Below are positions 46,801 through 64,000 of a stretch of 64,000 nucleotides of DNA, one piece after another (the first letter of the stretch is position 1; every line of letters begins with the position of its first letter). The notes under the pieces are model-generated. The model ran no database searches, was not told where the DNA came from, and worked only from the letters and a program-made list of their open reading frames with translations. This DNA comes from Sminthopsis crassicaudata (taxonomy: Eukaryota). Where the stretch lies: contig NC_133617.1 of assembly GCF_048593235.1 (NCBI RefSeq), forward strand, positions 627,420,958 to 627,484,957, given 5' to 3'. A program made the translations under genes and the position numbers.

Positions 46801-49480
46801 AGCTTTGAAAGCTTACCAATCCTCAGCCTGAGTGGGCTTTGAAATACTGGAATAACCAGTACTCAGTACTTTAAGAGAATAGCATCAGGATCAGCCCAGA
46901 TGTTCCCTTCAGATGTACACAGGGCCTGATCCTAAAGTTAGGAAATAGGCTAGAAGGATGAACAAATAATAAAAGAATCCCACCATTAAAAGCTATTATA
47001 GTGACAGGGACTTTCAAGGCAGAAAGCCAGGAGAAGAAGAAGCTACCAAAACATCTACAAGCAAAGCCTCAAAGAAAACCAGTTTGGGGACAAGTTCAAC
47101 AAGAATTCCTGGAAGAGATGAAGTGAGTTAAAACAAGTTTAAAAATGTTTTTTTAAAATGAAATGAGAATACTAAAGGAAAAAAAAATTAGGAATAAGAG
47201 CTATAGAAGAAAGAATTAGATGGGGGATTAAAAGTTTAACACAATAGATACAGAAACTTAACCAAAGATCAAACTCCCTAAAAATGAGAAATGGACAAAG
47301 CTAATGACTTCACAAGACAATGATAAAACAGTCAAGAAAATGGAAATAGAACTTTTAAGGTATTTCATGGCAGACACGATAAATAGGGAAATTTGGAAGA
47401 TGGAGTAGTTTAGGTAGAGAGTTCGATTTTGGACATGCTGAGTTTAAGGTATCTACAGAACATCCAGTTGGAGATATCCCATAGTTAGAAATTTGAGATT
47501 GGAGGTCAGGAGAGAGGTTAGGGCTTGATAAATTATCTGAGAATCATTGCATATGAATAATTATTGAATTTATGGTAGCTGATAAGATCACCAAATGAAA
47601 TAGTGAAGAGGGAAATTATGACAGAGACTTATCAGGGAATACTAATGGTTAGTAAGATGAAGATTTAGTAAAGAGCTTAAAAAGTAGGCAGATAAGAAGA
47701 AAATCCAGAAAGGGTGATATTAAAAGAAAGTTTTAAGAGAAAAGAGCACTCAACAGTGACTGAGGTTGCAGAGCTCAAGAAAGTCAGTAGAAGTAGCAAT
47801 TGTGGACAACTTTCTCAAGGAGTTTAGCCATTAAAGGGAGGAGAAATGGAGGAGAGTAGCTTTAGGGGATGGGGTAAGGGTGGAGTAAGGATTTTTTTTT
47901 AAAGCTGGGGAATGATATATGGCTTAAAATACATAGTTTTTGCCTACAGCCTCACCTACTTCATTTCCAAGAGAAAGGTTGGGCTGAAGACCATCTAGTC
48001 CCTAGGATACGGGATAGCGTTAATAAAGATGATAGCTAATTTTTATCTGCAGACAAAAATTATATTACTATGTATCCATATCACTAATGAAATTTCTTCA
48101 AGAAGATTTCAAAGTCTTCAAAGAATATGGCATAAGCTCACAGAGGAATTTTAAGAAAAAGTTACAAATCATAAAACTGTAAGGTGACCTTTGAATAATA
48201 ACTGGCATTGATATAGCACTTTAAGGGTTACAAAATATTTTCCTCACAATAACCCTGCAATACCACCATTTTTCAGATGTGAAACGGAGGCCCTGAGAGA
48301 TTGGGTGCGAAGCAGTATTCAAATCCAAGTTTCCTGACTTCAAATCCTGTACTTATCCAGTGTATCACACTGCCTCTCCCTTAAAGAGAGAGAGCTTCAG
48401 AAAGGCATTTGTTGACAGATCAAAAATCTTTAAAGGGAGCAGGCTCAGGAAGAGAATCATTCCTGAAGCTATAGAGTTAGATTGTTATTGACCTGCCTGG
48501 CCAACAATTTTTTATTCCCCACCTAGGATTTTGCTGGCATGTATTTGAAATCTGAGGGAAGAGGAGAAGTTCGGGAAAATTTTAGAGCACAGATGCTCCA
48601 TACCGCACCCCTCAGCCAACAAAACATTTTCTGAGCACCAGTTAAGTGCAGGGCTCTCACAGAATTTACAGTATACCTAGCACTGTACCAGACACTTGAT
48701 GAGAAATGTCGACCAAGTGGCATCTACCTTCTCTCCTCCTCCCCCAGCACCAAATACCAAATTGAAATCATAGCTAGACTTGGCCATTGGGTTTGTCCCT
48801 TTTACTTGGCTAATGTCTCCACTAAATACTACTAGACTCTGGTGTCAAAACATATTGCTGCTTAGGAACTCATCAGAAACTAAAGTGTGAGTCCTGGCTG
48901 AACAGGACTTAGGACTTTAAGACGATGATTGTAACAGACAACCTGAGAAAAAAATTCTGCAAAGCTGTCGGAGACTGGAGTTTTTAAAACGAAGCAGTCA
49001 TAGGGTTACCTGGTCCTCTGGTGCTTTTCAGTGTGCATCAAAAGCTAACCCACTGAGGGGGTTATCTGACCAAATATAAAACCATTAGTGATGGGTGGGG
49101 AGACCAGGTAACCTTGCCCAACTGTGTAGACTAATTATGGAAGGGAGAGGTCCAATGAATTTTCAGAAAAGTTCATTCCAAGGATAGGGAGGGAAATTTT
49201 CCTTATTATCTTTTTTTTTCCCCTGTATCTTTCTCCTCCCTTGCCTTCCCTACAGATGGCAGTGGGGCCATCTGAGTGTCCAGTGGGGGGTTCACTGACC
49301 TTCCCAGGCCGGGGAGCTGGTAGTGCTGGGGTAGGGGCAACCCTGGCCCCACTGGGGCCTCCTAAGCTGCCCCCACATACCATCCTGAGCACCGTCCCTC
49401 GCCAGATGTTCAGTGATGCCGGGAGTGGAGACGATGCCCTGGACGGCGATGATGACCTCGTGATCGACATCCCTGAATGA
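40835..49480 (+). CDS. INO80E: INO80 complex subunit E, 245 aa
   Basis: Exons 40835-40915, 41191-41261, 41355-41407, 42274-42352, 43370-43481, 44399-44515, 49256-49480; total 738 nt. [44 protein letters not shown]...[10 protein letters not shown]. Confidence 0.96.
42380..43260 (-). mobile_element. Old L1 3' fragment in INO80E intron 4
   Basis: tttctggttctgctcacttcactctg, ttattcagccattccccaac, aaaagcgttgctacaaatatttttgta match the other reverse L1 ends. Confidence 0.7.
44650..47900 (+). mobile_element. L2 fragments (~44650-46030, ~47370-47900) interrupted by an L1 5' fragment
   Basis: L2-like tttccagcctaagtgactgggaatgtgatggtgcc resumes after 47370 (ttcgattttggacatgctgagtttaagg...gatcaccaaatgaaatagtg). 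Confidence 0.6.
46030..47370 (+). mobile_element. Old L1 (or HAL1-like) 5'UTR plus start of ORF1
   Basis: Decayed head caaagatgttggtg; ORF1-like segment from ~46958 (gatgaacaaataataaaagaatcccaccattaaaagctattatagtgacaggga...gaattcctggaagag...ctatagaagaaagaattaga) with stops. Confidence 0.6.
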
Positions 49481-49572
49481 CCTCCTATCCGAGCCCCTTT
49501 CCTCCCTCCACTTGCCAGGTGGCAGCGGCAACAGAAGCAGCAAAGACAAAGAGCGTCGTGTTTTTGGAGACA

Positions 49573-49578
49573 TTTATT
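49573..49578 (-). terminator. DOC2A: DOC2A distal poly(A) signal
   Basis: AATAAA (minus) followed by GT/T-rich ctctttgtctttgctgcttctgttg. Confidence 0.75.
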
Positions 49579-49904
49579 GATGCCCGGTCTTATTGGTCCG
49601 GCCATTGACAATCAGAAGAGGCGTAAACATGCAGCACGGCGCCCCCAGAGAAGAGGTGGGGAGGCAGCTCCCGGCCCTGAAAGTGGGCCCACGCTGTGTT
49701 TGGATTTGCAGCCAGCGGTGCGCAGGGAAGGCAGACAGACTCAAGAGGTCAGCCCAGGGCCCCCTTACCCCTGCTGCTGGATGCAGCCGCAGGGGGCCTC
49801 TGCCTCCCCTTCCTGAAGGCAAAACCCCCCCACATCAGCTACCGCTATAAGGGGGCAGCAAGATAGGGCTAGTTTGTTTTGTTTTGTTTTTTTACTTCAG
49901 ACTT

Positions 49905-49910
49905 ATTAAA
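49905..49910 (+). terminator. INO80E: INO80E poly(A) signal
   Basis: ATTAAA followed by ggggtatgtggtggttttattttttttctg (GU/U-rich element). An alternative AATAAA lies at 50064-50069. Confidence 0.7.
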
Positions 49911-50606
49911 GGGGTATGTGGTGGTTTTATTTTTTTTCTGAATTGTCCTCCCTCCTTAACCCCCTCCTAATCCGGGTTACTCCCACTGTGGGGAGTTTTG
50001 CCGGGGCAGCTTGGAGAGGTGGATGAGAGGAGAAATGACCTGGTTGGGGGGAGGGAGTGGGGCAATAAATTCTCTCCCTCCCCTTGCACATGCGAGTGGT
50101 ATGATTCATTTGCATATAATATCCCATCAGGCAGTAGGAAATTTGCATATATAGCCCCACCCATCCCTCACAAAAAGACATCCCCACAGTAACAAAGTGA
50201 ATCTCACAAAATAAGACAAGAAGTGTTGAGGGGAGAGGGGGAAGCTTCTCCCACCCCCATGTAAACGTGCAACACACTCGTGCGAAATTGAGTAACAATC
50301 ACATGGCCCTGTAGTTTCCCCCTCCCCCCAAGAAGGGGCTGTTCCTTGCCCCCTCTTTCCTCCCCATTCTTGCTAAGGTTCTCAAGGGCCTCTTTCTCAA
50401 AAGGCTTGAACAGAGTTTTCTGCTCTTTCCTGAGCCCAGGGAAATAATAGAGCTTAGTTTCCTTCTTTCTACCCCTTCTAGCTCTTGACTTTCCAAGAGT
50501 GAAGGGAAACCACCCAGCTGAACCCCCTGGTTTCCCACGTTCTCTTGATTTCTGTTAGGAACTAGCTTGTGTCCATGGGGCTGGTTGGCTGGGATCTTTG
50601 TGAGTT

Positions 50607-61156
<10,550 letters not shown>

Positions 61157-62154
61157 TCACACGTCTCCCCTGAGAAAATGAGGGAAGGAAAAGTTAGCTG
61201 TGGAGCCTTCTCCTCTAAAAATCAAAATGACCTTTCCTCCGCACTTTGTCCTAAAGACTCCCCTCCGAGTTTTCTGGGCATCCTCCTCCTGGAAGATAGT
61301 CAGGGATCTGCCTCCAGAGAATGGGAAAAGAGAGAAGACCCCCCCCTCCCCAGAGGAGGCTTTGAATATTAGGACTCGTGAGTATGTGGGGGGAAGGTCA
61401 TCCCTCTTGGGAGGTACCCGGGGCAAGAGAGCAGAACTTTGGGGGCTACAACGCTAGATCATCCTGATAAGGGATTATGCAAGGCCCCAAGTGGGATCTC
61501 TGGGAGGGTTTAGGTGGACTGGGACCTAAATCCTCATAAGCAGCCAATCCACAGAGCTTCTCCCTTGTGGAAGTGAGTTAATTGTCTGTGTCTGCTAGGC
61601 CTTCATTGACTTAAATTCTTGGGCCTGAAATGGAATAGTTATGGGGGACGACAGACAGCATATGGGCAAACAGGGAGGCTGGCTGGCTTGACCCTGTCCT
61701 CCACCCTCTGCTTCCTTCCTAACCAGAGCCATCTCTCTCAGCCCCTTATTTGGCCCTGAAGGGCCAGAGCCTGACTCCAACTATTCCCTTCCATCTCAGA
61801 CTGTGTCCTATTCCCCCACCTCCAGGAAATTTCCCTGGATAGAGGTTCTGACTTTCTTGTCCTTGGTCACAACCCTCATCCTAAACTCCCTCTGCCCTTC
61901 CTATCTCTCAAGCTACCTAGATTCCTCCCCGGAGACTGTGTCTCCCCACCAAGCTCTATCTGAATTCCCCTCTCCCCCCTCCCCCCCTCCTGTCTGTCTC
62001 TTGGGCTATCTGTCCTCCCCAGGCTCCATTTATCCTCTGGACCGTCTGTCCTCCCGGACCTCTTGCCTTCCCGTTCTGTTTGTTCATTCCTCCTTCCCCC
62101 TCGCCCCTATTCCTCGGGGCCTGCTGGGGGAGCCCCTTGCTCTCTTTTCCTCAC

Positions 62155-62330
62155 CTGGCACTGGGCTTCCCGACTGCCGACTGCCGAAAGATTGCAGTAA
62201 ATGGGAGAGAGATAAACACAGATTTCCCCAGACACACAACCTCTTCCCCACCTCCTCCCCCCACATACACACCCAGCCCAGCCCAGCCCAGCCCCTTCCA
62301 CCTGTCTCTGTGGTCCAACAGGTGCTTGAG
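62155..62330 (-). other. DOC2A: Candidate non-coding 5' exon of DOC2A
   Basis: Strong donor CCAG|GTGAGG at 62155/62154; acceptor cattttctcag at 61170 lies 13 nt before the ATG. The upstream boundary is a guess. Confidence 0.45.
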
Positions 62331-64000
62331 AACCAGGGGGACAGCAGAAAGGAAGCCTCGGGAGCTGCAGGGAGAGGTAGCAGCAGGGAACGCAGAGATA
62401 GGAGGAGATTCCAGAGGTGGAAGNNNNNNNNNNNNNNNNNNNNNNNNNNNNNNNNNNNNNNNNNNNNNNNNNNNNNNNNNNNNNNNNNNNNNNNNNNNNN
62501 NNNNNNNNNNNNNNNNNNNNNNNNNNNNNNNNNNNNNNNNNNNNNNNNNNNNNNNNNNNNNNNNNNNNNNNNNNNNNNNNNNNNNNNNNCTGCTGGGGAG
62601 GAGGGGGTGAGGGAGGTGGAGGCGAGGATGAAGCAAGGGAGAGGGAGAGAGATGGATAAAAAAAGAGGGACAGAGGGACAGACAAAGAAGAACAGAAGCA
62701 GCCCGGAGGGACACTCTTAGACTTGTCACAGACCCCCCAGCACACACACACAGGCTCCCACAGATTCCTCTCACATATGCAATCTCCTTTCCATGCAGTC
62801 ACAGACATGTTCACATTTACCACACCCACACACATCACACTGGTCACACACACGTTCCCGGACACGTTTGCACGCTCCCCACAGCCTCAAACATACGTCC
62901 TCCTGTCGGTCTCACACAGAGATAAACGACTGCCCACTGACACAGACACACTCCTTAATTCACATGTGATCATGAATGTTATCTGTCCTGATATCTCAAA
63001 ACCCCCTCCTTTCTCTCCCTCTCCCCTCACACCTCTGTGCCCACAGACACACTTATGAGCATTCACACATTTGTACGAATTAATATGCATACACAAACAC
63101 ACGTTCATACACACACAGAATTCTGGGTTTCCAGGATTCCCAACACCAGGGACAGAGTGAGAAATGCCTGGTGTTTCCCAACTCCCTCCTCACAGGACCT
63201 GGGAGTCCCCTTTCTTCCCTTTCTTTCCCATAGATTTCCCTGCTTGTCCCAGTTCCTACTCCCCTTTTAAACACCCCCAGGGCCCTGGACCCCTACTGGG
63301 GACACTTCCCCCCCATCCTTAATCTGCTCAGTGCCTCCTTCTTGGGTCCCAGGTGACTGGGCCTGAGGTATGACTGGCTCTGCCAAATTCAGGGAAGCAC
63401 TGGGTCCTGGTTGCCATGGCAATGCTTGCTCATCCTTTTCTCCACCCCAATCCTCCTTCAACCTTCCTGCTCCCAGACTCCCCCTCCTCACACTAAAGAA
63501 TAGATTCTTGGCTCTGCGGAGGGGGAAGGGACTCGGTTCCAATAGTCCCTAGTTAGCCTTTCCCTCATTCCCTCCCTTGGTCCTTTCCTCGATCTCCCCT
63601 CTCTTCACTTTCCCCTTGGTCTCTACCTCATTTCCCCTCCCTTTTACTGCCCCCCCCGTCTCTCCCTCCCTCCCTCCTCTCCGACCACCCCTCACTCCCT
63701 CCGGAGATCTCTCCCTTTGCTTTTCAGTTTTGTCCCCTCTCTCTCCCCTTCATACACATTATAGCTCCTAATTTGTCCCCTCCTAAATCCGGCCCTCTGT
63801 GAAGGGCCTGCCTAGTTTGATTTTCCTTTCCCCATCACTACTGCCTCCCGTCGTAGGCTCAGGGGCTGTCTCCATCCTCCCCCCCATTTGCATCCGTTAG
63901 GTTTTCCTTAGCTCCCGGGCGGGCCAGTTCAGCATCAATTCATTGAGGGTTTCCACTTTCTCCACTAGCCTCAGGGAGGGGGAGGGGGACTGAAAGATCT

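Noticed and set aside
48920-49075. Possible intronic C/D snoRNA in INO80E intron 6 (GATGATT ... CTGA)
   Set aside because: Imperfect C box and no terminal stem or recognisable guide.

Overview
Mammalian genomic DNA, most likely a dasyurid marsupial, inferred from young WSINE1-type CORE-SINEs and marsupial-type L1s. There are three N-gaps. The window is the block orthologous to part of human 16p11.2: TMEM219 (+), TAOK2 (+, both alternative C-terminal isoforms intact), HIRIP3 (-), INO80E (+) and DOC2A (-). I traced each coding exon by hand: all introns are GT-AG and all frames close correctly (TMEM219 246 aa, TAOK2 alpha 1245 aa / beta 1043 aa, HIRIP3 620 aa, INO80E 245 aa, DOC2A 409 aa). The first 3.2 kb is the 5' half of a lightly mutated L1 (-). 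Introns and intergenic DNA contain L1 3' fragments (several with clear target-site duplications), L2, MIR and WSINE1 copies. No CRISPR, rRNA or tRNA genes. I found no clearly new biological system. Best leads: a speculative phase-compatible cryptic exon chain upstream of TMEM219; a 42-bp two-heptad repeat in L1 ORF1; a six-copy ERx(I/L)(L/V)G(E/D/Q) motif in the TAOK2-alpha tail; a decayed duplicate of the HIRIP3 exon-2 end; interlocked INO80E/DOC2A poly(A) signals with overlapping 3' UTRs; and CTCF-like motifs carried by transposons. Repeat boundaries without a TSD are approximate, and human comparisons are from recall, not from a search.
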